This document shows positions 24,103-38,360 of a stretch of DNA of 64,000 nt, piece after piece. The notes beneath the pieces are model-generated. The model did no database searches, was not told the DNA's origin, and saw only the letters and a program-made list of their open reading frames with translations. The position numbers and the translations under genes are program-made. The first letter of the stretch is position 1. The number at the start of each line of letters is the position of its first letter. The stretch spans positions 10,294,001-10,358,000 of the forward strand of contig NW_024704742.1 of NCBI RefSeq assembly GCF_018977255.1, written 5' to 3'. Source of the DNA: Callorhinchus milii (lineage: Eukaryota).

Positions 24103-25461
24103 TAAACGGAGGAGTTGAACTGAAGCATCAGGCCCTATTAAGAGTAACTCACTAAAACTTGAGATGTCTCAAAGCACTTCACAGAATATACTGTAAAGTG
24201 AATTGACTGTATATTTTGTGGGCGAAATGCAGCAGCCAATTGTGCGTGCACAACAGTGTCCCAAAAACAGTCATGGATTAAGCTATTTAAAAGCTTATTA
24301 ATAAAGACTCCCAGACCCACCAACAATGCACAGAAACGTACTGCAGAAGAGGTGATCTGACTTTAGATAGGAGCCAGAGGAGATCAAATACTCAGATTAT
24401 GCAGGAGAAGCAGCCACACACGTCTCTGAACCGTGTTACTGATGCCCTTTTGATATTATATGAAGCGTAGAAAAGCCTGCATGAATTTGAACACAATTGG
24501 CCCAAACAAAAGACTTAATGGAACATATCCCACACATAACAGCAGAATCACACACACACGTCTGTGCAGTGGCCTTGCCAGCCTGTGCTGTCACCAAATA
24601 CCAAGGTTTTAATTTAAAAGAACAGTACTGTTTTTATAAGAATTTATTGGAACTGCAGTAATATGCTAACCTAGAAATATGGGTATATTGCATAGCAAAA
24701 TGTGGCATTCTGTAATTGCACCCATTCTTTTCTCCAAGGTTAAATGCTTCTTTAAACTGCTCGGAACAAAGTGTGCGAACATCATGTTCACAGCCTCACC
24801 ACCTGTTGCGCCTCAATGCAACATCTCAGAATCAAGAGGCAAACCTCGAACCAGGCCAGAGTTCAGGAAGCCTCACGCTAGTTCTTTGCATCTGATCACA
24901 CTTAATGCGAGCAGGGGAGACGGCTGCAAAAAACAGATGTTCCAATCATCCACAGGAAAGGCTGAGTAACAAACTATTGATGCAAAAACATCCTAGCCCT
25001 ATGAGAAGCTTAGCTATAGCTATCAAAGGCAAACCGGATAATGAAAATATTTGTAATTGATTTGAAGTCTTATTAGTCAATTGCTTCAAAGCGTTTTGCA
25101 TGAGGAATTACTTTGAAGTGTAGTGACTGTTGCTACGTGGGTAAGGAGTGAATAAGCTTAACGTCGTCAGAAAAGATATAGGCAAGGCTCAGATTCTAGT
25201 ATTTGTTTCCAAATCATGTCTGAGGCACCAGCAGGGAGAAGCAGGCATTTCTTCACTGTTGACACCCTGAGATAAAATATTTCAGTCGAAATCTAGAAAG
25301 GAAGTAGAGTGAAACATCCTACCATGTGCCCACCCAAACCAACATCAGCACAAACTGGAACATTATTTCCAGTGGTGGGCAGGTCAATAACAAGAAACAA
25401 ATTGTGGATTCTTTCTGGAAGAAAAACGAAGATTAGTTTTACACAAAGTGATGTTGGAATC

Positions 25462-25740
25462 ATAGAATCCTACAGTATAAAAGGAGGTCATTTGGCCCAT
25501 CGTGCTTGTGCTGGCTGTTTGAAAGAGCTATTAGGCAACCAGTCATACTCCCCCGCTCTTACCTTATATGTTTGCAACTTTTTTCTTTTCAGGTAAATAT
25601 CCAATTCCCTTTTGAAAGATATTATTGAATCTGTTTCCACCACCCTTTGCAGTTGTGCATTCCAGATCGTAACAACTCGAATGTGGAGTGCCTCTCCACA
25701 AATGGTTGTTGAATTTTGCCCTAATACGTTTTTGAAGGTG
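25462..25740 (-). mobile_element. CR1 3' fragment
   Basis: RVVTIWNA..QRVVETDSIISFKRELDIYL plus CR1-type tail (gattctatg). Confidence 0.8.
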
Positions 25741-25769
25741 GAAAGCATAAATAAATGAAATATATTCCA

Positions 25770-26048
25770 TTTGTTATAGCACTTTATCATGTCTTCGGGA
25801 CATCTCAAAACGATTCACAGAATACACTCTAAAGTGTAATTTGTGGGCGAAACGCGGCAGCCAATTGCGCAAGGCAGTGTCCTACAAACAGACGTGGATT
25901 GAATAACCAAATTAGGGTTCCTACTTACTGCTAAGTAAACAGAGGGGTGTGGAGTAAGGAAAATTGCCCAACATTTCGTCCTGCCAGGAATCAAATCCAG
26001 TCCTCTTGTTTGTGAGGCGAGTGCTCTAACCACTAAATTACGGTCCTC
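25770..26048 (-). mobile_element. SINE family A, deleted copy
   Basis: Head and central block recognisable on the minus strand. Confidence 0.82.
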
Positions 26049-27424
26049 CACTCCTTTTCCTACAAGCTACAAATACTCCTATTCCTCGTGTCAAAAAGAT
26101 AAGATTGTCATGGATTGGCTTGGTCACTGGGCAGCTAAGCACATTGAGTAATAGCCACTCAAGTTCAATGGGATTTCACTTACATCATTTATAAGGTAAT
26201 CCATCATTAGACAGACGACAAAAAAAAATCAATTTTGCACCCAGATGACGCACCTAATATATAACTCAGGCAGAGTGAAATAAAGACAGATATTTACAGA
26301 GAGAGAGGGAGAAATAGATTATAAATCCATTTGCAGCATCAGTCTGGAAATGGCAGAACAATTGAAGGCCAGCTAGGCTTGTGTTCCAGCTGTTGGATGT
26401 AGCAGACCTCTAAATGAGACTAAACACAAGCAATGTAGGAGGAAGCAAAATGTTGCCACATACCACTTTGAAACAAGACTCAGATGTAATATCAGTCAAT
26501 GTAAAACCACCGAGAGCAGGAAACACACTTTTCTCACCCAACACGAACATTTGCTTGAAATGAAAATTCATCACATGCCAGGATTTTCTGCAGCTTTCAT
26601 TCCTTAGAACCACCTTAAAGAAACTGCAAACAAATGCCTGGAAACACTCATGATTTCTTCTATTCCGTGGATTTCCTGTTTAGGAGCTGTTTCCTCCCAT
26701 CATGCTAATCTCTATGACCTACTGACCCGAAGACAATCACTCAATCTCTACCTATTTTCAAGATCCTCATCTGCAACAAAGCTATCAACAACAACAACTT
26801 GCATTAACAGTATATAGCACTCGTCACGCAGGCTAGCATCCCAGAGTGCTTGATAGTGGCGGAGCACTTTCTTGGACCACTTCTTCATCTCCCATCACCT
26901 TCCGTATCCTCTCCCTGCAATCAAATCTCCCTTCCTTCTGCCCTTGGGGGAAAAATACCCCCTCACTCCTTCGCAAAAGCTCTTGAATCTTCCAAACTCT
27001 TTCCCCTCCTGCCCACTGGTCATCACGACATCAATACATCTTTTAAGCTACTCAAAAATTCTCTCTCTTCCAGAATCAACACCCTCATCACAATCACATC
27101 CCAAAATGCTTTGCCTTTCAAAGTCAACCTGGAACATTAGTTGTGTCTGATTATTAACGTTACAAGTCTGTGTGACAGGGCTCACATCGATGTGGTTCAC
27201 TGCCAGATCCAGGTGGACTTTACCCCAAATTTATTATCAAATTAGCAATCAATTTACTAGCCAAATCCTTCTTCTCCTCCAGGATTGGGCAGAAGTGCAT
27301 TGATAACCCCAGGCTCCTCTTTCCTACTCCCAACTACCTCCTCTACCCACCTCCCCACCACTCAACCCCCACTCTCACATGTCTCCATCTCCACCTCCCC
27401 ACCCACACCATGAAACCAACCACT

Positions 27425-28095
27425 TGCCTAACTATCCTTTCTACCCCACATCCATGCCATGACGTGCTCTGCCTTCCCCCACCTCCGCAACATTGCCCGG
27501 CTCTGCCACTGTCTCACACCGCAGGCCGCCGAGACCCTCATACACGCATTCATAACATCCAGACTATGCAAACTCCCTGCTTGTCGGCCTCCCCAACTCC
27601 TCCCTCCATAAACTGCAGATCATCCAGGGCTCTGCAGCCCGTGTCCTCTCCCATGCCAGATTCTGTGACCCTATCGCCCTCATCCTCGCCCGACTCCACA
27701 GCTTCCCATCACACAGAGGATATGGTTCAAGATCCTGGTCCTCACCTTCAAAGCTCTCCATGCTGCCTTTTACCTGTGAATCCAACCTACCTGTGCCCTC
27801 CACTCAGTGGGCTCCGGCCTGCTTCACAGCCCCCACCTCATTCACCTCACTGTTGGCAGACGGGCCTTCTGCCACGCTGCCCCCACCCTCTGCAACTCCA
27901 TCCTGCAGTCCCTCCGCCTCGCCCTTGCCTCCTTCAAAACCCGTCTCCATGTCTTCGGTCACCTTTATTCCCCCCACCTGCTCTCCACCTTCCCGATCCC
28001 AACCCCCCAGCTCGGGTCAAAACATCGAGACATGCCTTGGGACATCCTCCCGATGTGAAAAGCGTTATACAGATGTAATTTTGTTGTTGTTGTTG
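27425..28095 (+). mobile_element. L2 3' fragment inserted in an older, highly decayed L2 (about 26870-28790)
   Basis: Young part ends gggacatcctcccgatgtgaaaagcgttatacagatgtaattttgttgttgttg; flanks carry eroded RT motifs (ttcctctccaaagtattagaacaagttgtc, ctcttcgatttctctgctgcattttgacac). Confidence 0.8.
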
Positions 28096-30315
28096 ATCCC
28101 ATTCACACCCAGCTCCTAACCATTCATCTGTCATCAACCTCTCCCTCTCCATGGTACCACTCCATTTCAAAATCGCCATCAGGATCTCCCCCCAGGCCAC
28201 GAAAACCTTGCCCTAAACCTTTTGTAGCTCGACAAATTTAGCTGTCACACATCTTCAACCGGTCCTTCCTCTCCAAAGTATTAGAACAAGTTGTCATTGC
28301 CCACTCCTCTTTCTCTCCACCGTTGCCACTATGAGTCCCTCCAATCTGGCTCTGCACCCCCATCCACTGCACTGAGCTAGCCCTGATCCAAAGTCATATA
28401 CAACTTCATCTGTATCCTGCCAGTGCTCCACAAGCCTCCTTGTCCTCTTCGATTTCTCTGCTGCATTTTGACACCATTCCCCATTTCACCCTTCTCCATT
28501 CACCTTGGACAACACTAAGGCTGTCATGCTCGCTACTTCCTTACCTCAGACACTGAATTAATCTCCCCACTTGCTCCCCCCAACTCACTGAGCTGTTACT
28601 CAATGTGCCGACCCGATGCATAATCTCAGCATTTCGGTGAACCCTCAACTTGACATTAAGCCTTTCATCTGGGTTGACTTAATCCACCTTTTTCCACCCC
28701 CTTCTTACCCAGATCTCATAGCTGATCAATTTTAAGATCCTCATCCTCAAATACATCAACAGCTTTCCACTGCCATATTTCTGCTATTTCACCCATGAAT
28801 CTATTCCCCTTACCAATTCAGAGCAATCCACTGGCTCCTGATACCCCAGACAATGTAATGATAATGCTTTTGCATAAAGTGGGACATTCCTCAGAAAATA
28901 TTCTTTCAGAACAGCTCCTGGGAAGTTAAAATATTCATGATCTTACCTCTCTGCTCTAATGGCTATCAAAGTTAGAATTAATCATTCTATTGGAGAACAG
29001 CATTTTCATCAATAAATAATTTCATATTTTTAGGTGTGCTGCAGAATTGCTCCCATGTGCTCTTTGTACGAGCAAAGGAATAGAACCTGTAGAAAATAAA
29101 ACTTCAAGTTGTTACCATTTCAAGTCTAAGGTCTTTCCAGTGAATATTTATATATGGCTATAAAATACTTACAACCCCTGTGATTTTTCGACTCCTTAAT
29201 TTAATATTGATCAAAATAAAAGTCAGATACTGTACCCAGAAAACCAGGTTCTGGCCAAGGACACTACAGTAATGTTAAAATCATATTCCCTTCAGACATA
29301 TTCCCGGCACAACATGAATCAGATTTCAACTTTTTTTTCCTCCAAACATCAACCTCAAACTGTTACTCTCTGCAGTGCTACTATTTAAACTGAACACTAT
29401 CACGATTGTTTCTCCCCTCATTGGGTTTCCCAGAGCCGACTCCATTCACAGCCCAGAGCACAGATTGCTCACAGGCCCTCAGGTGTCTGCCAATCTTCAA
29501 CTCCATCAGCAGAAGCCTGGTCAGCAGCGACTCAATCTGTGTATTTCTCCACCTTCCCCGTGTACTAGTAATTGGGCTCCACACAGCAAATGAGCAGAAA
29601 CACTACCCACTCAAACTATTTCCACTGGCGGATGGGTTGGAAACCCAAGGGCACCAATTTAAAATATGTGTTGCTCCCTCCCTTGCCTCCTTTATGGCCC
29701 ATCTCAAGATCCTCCTCTTCAATCATGCCTTCAGTCACCCCTCTACCTCCACCCTCCCTACTCTTCACCCCCCACCCTGATCCGATCCCCCTGCTCAGGT
29801 CCAAATCCCTTGACAGAAAGAGAATGGGTTCAAGTTGCCCAAAAAACATTGACCAGAATTTTTCTTTTTCACATTTATAAATTGATATTTTCCCTCCCTC
29901 TTCCATGAATTACTGTATTTAGATCATTCATAAGAAGGGAATCTTCATGAGAAGATGATTTTCATGAACCTATTTGCTTGTAATCACACTGTGAAATTTT
30001 CATACGCATTGTATATGGAACTCTTAGTAGTTTGGTTTGGTTTAGTGATGTGGGGCACATCTCAGATAACAAAAACATAATCACAAACAGTGGTATATTC
30101 ATTACATGGAAATTTGTCAGCCATTGCTTCCACAGCTAATTAGATAATAATAACAATCCTAGTATTTGATTTGGCACCTTTCATATGACGATCTCTCAAA
30201 ATGTTTCACAGAATTCACCATTAAGTGTTATAAATATATTTTGTAGGCCAGTTTGCTCACAGCAATGTTCCACAAACAGCTATGAAGTGATTGACCAAAC
30301 AATTATCACATACCC

Positions 30316-30655
30316 GGAGTCCTGTAGCTCAGTGGTTAGTTCACACGCCTCGCAAGCGAGAGGACCTGGTTTGATTCCCAGCAGGGAGAAACGTAGGGCA
30401 AACTCCTTACTCCACACGCCTCTGTTTACCTAGCAGTACGTAGGAACCCAGTTGTTAGTCAATTGGCTGATTATTTTTACAGGGGAATTATACAGCCAAA
30501 ATAAAAAGAAATTGGTTACTCAATCTATGACTGTTTGTTGGATACCTCTGTACACAATTGTCTGCCGAGTTTCTCCCACAAAATTCTGTGAAGCGCTTTG
30601 AAACTTCTTGAAGATTTGATAAGGTGCTTTATCAAATACAAGGATTATTATTACT
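30316..30655 (+). mobile_element. SINE family A
   Basis: Head, central block and tail present. Confidence 0.88.
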
Positions 30656-31398
30656 ATATAACCTAAGCCTCCCAAGTATCAGCCTAAAGCATAGCACAGT
30701 GATTAAATACCTCGGTCAGGCAGCCAAACCCCACTGTTAAACTGGTCCTATCAGGATGAAAGGGGAACAGCGTGCTATAAAAACACATCAGCATTACCAA
30801 GAAAGGAGAGTTAGAGCCAACCTAATACATGTCTATGTGCCTGTTATGCAGTGGCACTAAGATTGGTGGTCACACATCAACATTTCAATTCTTGTTTGAT
30901 AAGTGGACTCACTCCCCCATTCATATACTCTGTAAAATTGCTGCAGATTGTGGATGATGCCTTCCAGCATTGATTTGAATATTGACTCCTAAGTAGAACA
31001 GAGACTCACAATGTGTATAATCAGTGAATTTGAAGTGATACATTTATATGTAAATACTGCACTTCAGCTTCCATTGTGCACGGACAGAAAGTGACATTGG
31101 ACTCTCAATCTGCAGCTTCTTGCGGAGTCTAAAAGCTAGCGTGACGAGAATGTAGCTTTTACTGAGCAAAAATAATACACAACTTCACAAACAATCTGCG
31201 GCACTTAACAGTAGAGTGATCAGTTAAAATCCTCGCTCACTCCCATTCATATCTCCAGGATCCCCGTTTCTGTTCATCAGCAAACATACAGTCACTACAC
31301 TTTACAGAAAATTCTGTGAATGGCTTTTAGCTGTTTGGACATGATGACTATCAAATGCAAAGATTATTATCATAACAACAGTGCTCCATTTGCTACCT

Positions 31399-31680
31399 GG
31401 AGTCCTGTAATGTATTGGTTAGCACGCTCGCCTCACAAGCGAGAGGACCCGGGTTTGATTCCTGGGTAAGACAAAAACCTTAGACGAGTTTCCTTACTCT
31501 ACACGCCTCTGTTTACCTAGCAGTAAATAGGCACCCCATTGTTAGTTGATTGACGGATTGTTTTCCAGGGTTAAGAGTCCCTTTTTAAAAAATTGAGTCC
31601 CTCAATCCACGACTGTTTGTTGGGACATTGCTGTGCGCAATTGACTGCTGCATTTCACCCACAAAATATTGCTTTGAGAC
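31399..31680 (+). mobile_element. SINE family A, 3'-truncated, with a tRNA-Val-like head variant
   Basis: ggagtcctgtaatgtattggttagcacgctcgcctcacaagcgagaggacccggg. Confidence 0.85.
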
Positions 31681-32616
31681 ATGAGACACACGGCTTGGTT
31701 TACATTTTCTACCTGAGCCAATCTGCAACCTGCTCACTGGGGTCTCACATGCAGCAATTCCTAAATAAATTCCTTATAAATTAATCCAAGTTGTACAAAT
31801 GAGGACTTCTTCTGCTAATGGGAAATACGTCACAATGCCATCCATTACCAGAGTAAAATTCCCATGAGTTGAATGGAATTTAAAGCGGATTCCTTATTAA
31901 GGAATCTAATTAAGAAATCCACAATTTACACCTCATTGTTTATTAAACTAGTATCTACTAAAAGTCCAACTGGTATGAATATTACATGTCCTCTCTGTCC
32001 AGAGGAAATGCAGAACTAACATGAAAAGCTGGATGGTGAAAGGAAGGGGACAGATAATGAGTTAAACGGTACCACACTTCCACTTTATTTGTGGCTATTT
32101 GAATAGCAGTAGAGGTTATCCAGTTGCCTTTCAAGGAATTCAGTACAATACAATTTACATTTATATAGGTCCTTTCACTTCAGGAGGAAGTCGCAAAGCA
32201 CTTGACAACAGCGATGACAATTTGCATTTATATCGAGCATTTCATGTGGGGTCATGTTTCAGTGTGCTGAACAATAGCAGAGTTTGATGCTGAGCTGGAG
32301 AATAAGGGGAAGTGACCTTAGGCATAGTAAAAGCGGAAAGTCTTTGGGTGTGATTTAAAAACAGATAAAGAGATGACAAAGCTAGATGGCCAAAAGTGCT
32401 GTCGAAGAGGTACCTTTTGATGCTCTGTGTTGAACTGGTAAGTGAATCAGAGGGAATCTGGGATGGAATTCCAGAAAGTTGGGGTAGAATGGTTTAAAGC
32501 CATAGGGAGGTGGGCATGAAGGAGGCCAGTGTACATTGTGTGAATGAAGTTGCGTGGGGCATTGTCGTGGTGTGGGGTGCAAAGTTACTGAGCATGGAGT
32601 CCTGTAGCTCAGTGGT

Positions 32617-33194
32617 AACAACAAGATTATATTTGTATAGCGCCTTTCACATCGGGGGGACGTCCCAAGACGCTGAAATACATCATTTCAAACCCGAACT
32701 GGGGTCAGGGGGGGGGTAGAAGGGAGGGGAGGGGAAGGGGGGTGGCCGATGGCATGGTCAAAGAGGAGGGTGGGACTTGAAGGAGGCTAAGGAGGGGGCG
32801 AGGCGGAATGACTGGGGGATGGAATTCCAGAGGTTGGGGGCAGAGTGGCTGAAGGCTCTCCCGACAATGGTGGGGCGGGAGGGTCGAGGGACGTGGAGCA
32901 GCCGGAGTCGGCTGAGCGGAGGGAGTGGGCGGGTTGGTAGGGAGTTAGGAGGTCGCAGAGGTAGGATGGGGCGAGGGCATGGAGGGCTTTGTAGGTGAGG
33001 ACCAGGATCTTGAACTGGAGTTGGGAAGGCCGACAAGCGGGGCGTTTGCATAGTTGAGCCTGGAGGTGATGAAGGCATGAACAAGAGTTTCAGCGGCCTG
33101 AGGGGTGAGGTAGTGGCGGAGTCGGGCGATGTTACGGAGGTGAGGGAAGGCAGAGCGGGTCATGGCTTGGGTGTGGGGAAGAAAAGACAGTTGA
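32617..33194 (-). mobile_element. L2 3' fragment with internal deletion, inserted into the A box of a SINE
   Basis: SINE head 32596-32616 (ggagtcctgtagctcagtggt) resumes at about 33200 (agagcac...) and runs to 33557; the insert has an L2 tail and SRLNYAN motif. Confidence 0.88.
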
Positions 33195-34400
33195 CAGTCA
33201 GAGCACACACCTCACAAGTGAGACACCCGGGTTCAATTCCCAGCAGGGAAAAATGTTGGGCAAGTTTCCTTAATCCACATACCCTTGTTTACCTAGCAGT
33301 AAGTAGGAACCTGGTTGATAGTCGATTGACGGATCGCTTTTCTGGGGGTTATAATTCCTTGAAAAATAATAATAATAAATTGGTCACTCAGTGCACAACT
33401 GACTGTGGGACTCTGCTGTGTGCAATTGGCTGCCGGGTTTGCCCACAAACAAATATACGGTCTATTCACTTTACAGTATATTTCACGAAGGGCTTTGAGA
33501 CATCTCGAAGACTTGATAAGGCGCTATATCAAATGCAAGGATTATTATTATTATTATGGAGGTTACAATAGACAAGTATTATCAATGTACGTCCTGTGCT
33601 CCTTGTGGGTTCTTGTTTATCAGCCAACTCAGCTCAGACCTTGGATCGAACCTGTGATCTTCAGCTCTTAAATGAGTTTGAGAGGTGCCCTGTGTAGCAG
33701 CAATCTCACAGTCTACACATCAATAAGTTAAACTCATTAGTCTTGCAGTAACATGTTTCAAGCACAGGCTTGTGGGTTAATGCTTGTGGGTCCCACTCAT
33801 TCATGTTTCTCTGACAGAATACACAAGTTTCTCTTGTAAAGTACCCTGTACATTCGCATTGTTTGAGACTTTGCCATGTTGTGCTTTACACAGAGGTCAG
33901 AATTGACACATTCGCCAAAGCGCACAAAACATGGGAACATGCCACCTGACCCATGTTCCCTGTTCCCATTCTTCCCCTTCACATTTGTGTTCATTCAATC
34001 ACTGGGGCCTGGGATTCTTCCAACTCAGTTTCTGTCAATCCTGGAAACCAAAGCGCCTTTTATCGCTGGACAAGCAGCAGGAAGCTTGCCAGTAAATGTC
34101 CACAATGACAGGCTGAGTGGATTTAGCTGGTTAAACTCCAGCTGTACCCCAATGCATGCAATGGCGTCCCTAAGCCTTGTTTCTTGCCACGTGTGCCTAA
34201 TACTTTGCAGGATAAGGTGAGCAAGATGAATCCCTCCAGTGAGAATAAGCATTCCAACCTGGACACAGGGAAGTTCCATGCAGCACGCAGGAAACATCAA
34301 CAACATGTGCTTCACGCACATAATACGCAACACATAAGAAATGACATCAGCGATAACCCGGCGACTTGGAAGTCCCCCATTATTAGTGCAGGAAGCCCAT

Positions 34401-34750
34401 AAGTCCTGTAGCTCAATCGTTATAGACCTGGATTTGACTCCTGTCAGGGCAAAACATTGGGCAAGTTTTGTTACTTCACATGCCTCTGTTTACCTAGCAG
34501 TGAGTAGGAATACGGTTGTTTGTCAATTGGCAGATTACTTTTCCAGGGGTAAATAATTTAATAATGAATTGGTCACTTCAATCCACGGCTGTTTGTGGGA
34601 CATCGCTGCTGCGTAATTGGCTGCTGCGATTCGCTCACAAAACATACAGTCAATTCACTTTACAGTATATTCCGTGAAGCAGTTTGAGACGTCTCCAAGA
34701 CGTGATAAGGTGCTATATCAAATGCAAGGTTTATTATTATTATTACTATC
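34401..34750 (+). mobile_element. SINE family A
   Basis: Partly deleted head; central block and tail intact. Confidence 0.85.
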
Positions 34751-35233
34751 ATCATTACTATTTAAGTCAGTGGCAGAAGCCAGGTAAACCTCCTCTGGTA
34801 ATCCCTCTCCCTCCCTGTTGGTTCACAGTAACCCATGCTCCATGTGAGCCCATGATCACCCAGGGTGCATTCCAACATGGCTGTCCTGTTTAACAAATTG
34901 GAAACGAGAACTGTTGATCCTGAATTGCAGCATGTTTTAAAACAAACCAGTTTATATTTTTCTGAGCGGTGCCTTGACTCTTATCTCTGTTCTGCAAATC
35001 ACCTCCCAACACCAGCAACCTCAAGGACAATTCTGCACACTGTTTGTTTTAACATCCAACCTGCAGATCTTCCTCTCCAAGATACTGAAAGGCCGAACTT
35101 AAAGCCTCTCTTGGAGGGTGAAAAGGCACAGCCTCAGCTTATCACTCCAGCAGCAAATATTCCATCTTTATTTGATGTTTCTGCCGTGCACATTTTCATT
35201 CTAAGTCAGGCACGTTTGGGTTTGAGGTCCACA

Positions 35234-35532
35234 TAGAGCACTCGCCTCACAAGCGAGTGGACCTGGATTAAAATCCCAGTGGGGCGAAACGTTGAACATG
35301 TTTCCTTACTCCACACTCCTCTGTTCACCTACTAGTAAGTAGGAACCTGGTTGTTAGTCGATTGGTGGATCGCTTTTCCAGGGATAATAATCCCTCCAAA
35401 AAATAATAAAAATACATCATGATAATAATATGGTCACTCAATCCATGACTATTTGTGGGACACTGCTGTGCGCAATTGAGACGTCTAGAAGACGTGATAA
35501 GGCTTAATATCAAATGCAGAGATTATTATTAT
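35234..35532 (+). mobile_element. SINE family A with 3' internal deletion
   Basis: gcgcaattg|agacgtctagaagacgtg junction. Confidence 0.83.
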
Positions 35533-36060
35533 AGTCTAGGCTGACACTATTGACACTGAGTGTGCGTTGTGTTGTTGGCGGCTCCATCCTTTGGATGAGA
35601 CATTAAATCAAGGTCCCGTCTGCCTGTTCAGGTGGATGTTAAAGATCTCATGGTGCTGTTCAAAAAGGGAAAGCTCTTTCTCCCAACGTCCTGGCCAACA
35701 ATCTTCCAAATAAAATTGGTCACTCACTTTGTGGCGATGGACGGGGAATCAACAAAAGAACCTACTCCTCGTATTGTAAGTCATACCAAAGTCCACTGCT
35801 GGATGGTGCATGTGTTTGAATGTCAGGTGAAGCTCAGATGTATTATGGCTCCTGTGATCAAATAGTCTGTTAACCTGCACCATCAAGGCTCACACCGAAA
35901 TAAGGGCAACTTGAGTAAAGTACTGGAAGGCACCTATGAAGTCATACTCCAAGAAGGAAGTGAGAAGGAAGGAACTTCTTGCACGTGTGCAGTGCGCTAA
36001 AGCACAGGGGGTGACACCAGTGGCGATGTGATGACCTGGAAGGTCATTATTTTGCATTTC

Positions 36061-36512
36061 AATATAATAATAATCCTTGCATTTGATGTAGCGCTTTTCA
36101 CGTCTTCTCAACGTCTCAAAGCGCTTCACAGAATATACTGTAAAGTGAATTGACCGTATATTTGTGGGCGAAACGCAGCAGCCAGTTGCGCACAGCAGTG
36201 ACCACAAACAGTCGTGGATTGAAAATGACCAATTTATTATTGTTTTAATAATAATAATAATAATAATAATCCTTGCATTTGATATAGCGCTTTTCACGTC
36301 GGGAGGACGTCCCAAAGCGCTTCACAGAATAGACTGTAAAGTGAATTGACTGTATATTTGTGGGCGAACGCGGCAGCCAATTGCGCACAGCAAATGTCCC
36401 ACAAACAGTCGTAGATTGAAAATGACCAATTTATTATTGTTTTTTTTTTGGAAGGATTATTATTAGGCGTGTGGAATAATGAAACTTGCCCAAGGTTTCG
36501 TCCTGACTGGAA
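36061..36512 (-). mobile_element. Two tandem SINE copies; the second (36247-36512) is the short variant with the L2-type loop
   Basis: Two ataatccttgcatttgat tails (about 36070 and 36265); the second has cacgtcgggaggacgtccc and the ccacacgcc|taataataatcc junction. Confidence 0.87.
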
Positions 36513-38049
36513 TATAACGATATTGAGATATTGGACCTGGGAAGAAAAAAAGTCCAAACACCTTCAGGAGAGGGGGGAAAATTTGCAAAGTGACTTAAAA
36601 TAAAATAATTTAAAATTAAAATAATCCAATAGTTTAACAATGTTTGTTCATAAAATTGATGAGAAAATAACATAGCAAGAATACCTTATCACTCACCCAG
36701 GACAAGCAAGTCTGGTAGACGCTGACACCAAATAGCATAGGATCAGATCTTAACATTTGTGATGATGTAGATAAAATGCCTTTGCGTTGTGCAGTAATAA
36801 TAATCATTGTATTTGATACAGCACTTTATCAAGTCCTTGAGTCACCTCAAAGTGCATCACATTGACAATGCACATCAAATATTTGTTTTCGTCACAAATA
36901 CCCATTAAATCGAAAGCTGCCCATTCTGCACGTATAGAGGTAACATGCACAGATGCTGCAGATCTCTACTTGGCATCTTCTAAAGATGTAAGCCAATTTC
37001 CAACTCCAAAGCAAACAAAACAAGAGGAACAGAAAGAGTTTGAATAGCTGTGGAAAAAAAAGCAACAAAGAACCCAACAGAACACATTAAAAAATGAGTA
37101 GCTCCACTTGGCATCCCATTACAGGGTGTGAGAGTTAAACAGAAATACTGTCCTACAATGAGGTACTCTGGTGTCATTGTGCTATTCTCTTTAATAATTA
37201 CCCAGCAGTCAATCGTCATTCTGGATTAGTTCCAGATCCGCTTTCATTTGACATGTTGCAGAAGAGGTTTTCAAATGAATCCTTTTGATAGCCTCCCATA
37301 GCTTCGACTGGAGTCTGACAGCCAAGGCTAAAGTGGCTGTCAAAAAAGCAGCTCAATTTCCTCCTCATTTGATTCCCGGCACTGTCTCTGGAACTGCTCT
37401 CACATATTACTCCACCTGAGGGTTCTATATAATAATAATCCTTGCATTTGATATAGTGCCTTATCACATCTTTGAGACGTCTCAATGCGCTTCACAAAAT
37501 ATGCTGTAAAGTGAATTGATTGTGTATTTTGTGGGCGAAACGCAGCAGCCAATTGCACACAGCAGCGTCCCACAAACAGCCATGGACTGAAGTGACCAAT
37601 TATTACTTTTTGAAGGAATATAAGTACATGTTGCTGTTGTTTACTCAGTGCTCAGTCAACCCCCTCCCTTCCCTTCCCCCATCCCCCACCGACCCCAGCT
37701 CGGGTCTGAAATGCTGTACTCTGTCCAGTGCCTTGGGACGTCTTCCTGTCGTGAAAGGCACTATACAAATCTAATCTTGTTGTTGTTGCTCAACATTGAA
37801 CAGATAGACTACAAAGTTCTCAACTTACAAACTTCATGCCCCAGCACCTCACTATCTCTTTGATCTCCTTGTAGCCGACTCCTCCTCCCGCTCCGACCCT
37901 CAGCTAACACTCGTAACAGATCTCGTAAACAGGTCTGCTCCGAGTCCTCTGACATGTCCTATCCGTACGACCATTGGTCTCTAAGCCCCAACGTCTGGAA
38001 CTCTCTACCTCTATCCCTCCACCTTGCCCTCTCTCTATCATCTTCAACA

Positions 38050-38360
38050 AAAACAGCAACAACAATTTACATTTATAAAGCATCCAACACACGGGGTATC
38101 ATCCCAGAGCGCTTGACAGTGGCGTAGTCTGACAACGAGCCAGGGGGAGAGGGAGGGGGAGGTGACTGTAAGCATAATCAAAAAGGAAGGTCTTTAGGTG
38201 GGATTTGAAGGTGGGGGAGGAAGGGGACAAGGTGGAGGGATTGAAGGAGAGCTTTCCAGAGTTTCACAGCATAGTGGCTGAAGGCATAACCACCAATGGT
38301 GGAATGGAGCGCACGAGAGACAAATAAGAGGCCGGAGCCAGCTGAGTGGGTGCAGTGGGT
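38050..38360 (-). mobile_element. L2 3' fragment, second tail type
   Basis: aacaacaatttacatttata...cccagagcgcttgacagtggcg; similar copy at 58595-58860. Confidence 0.75.
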
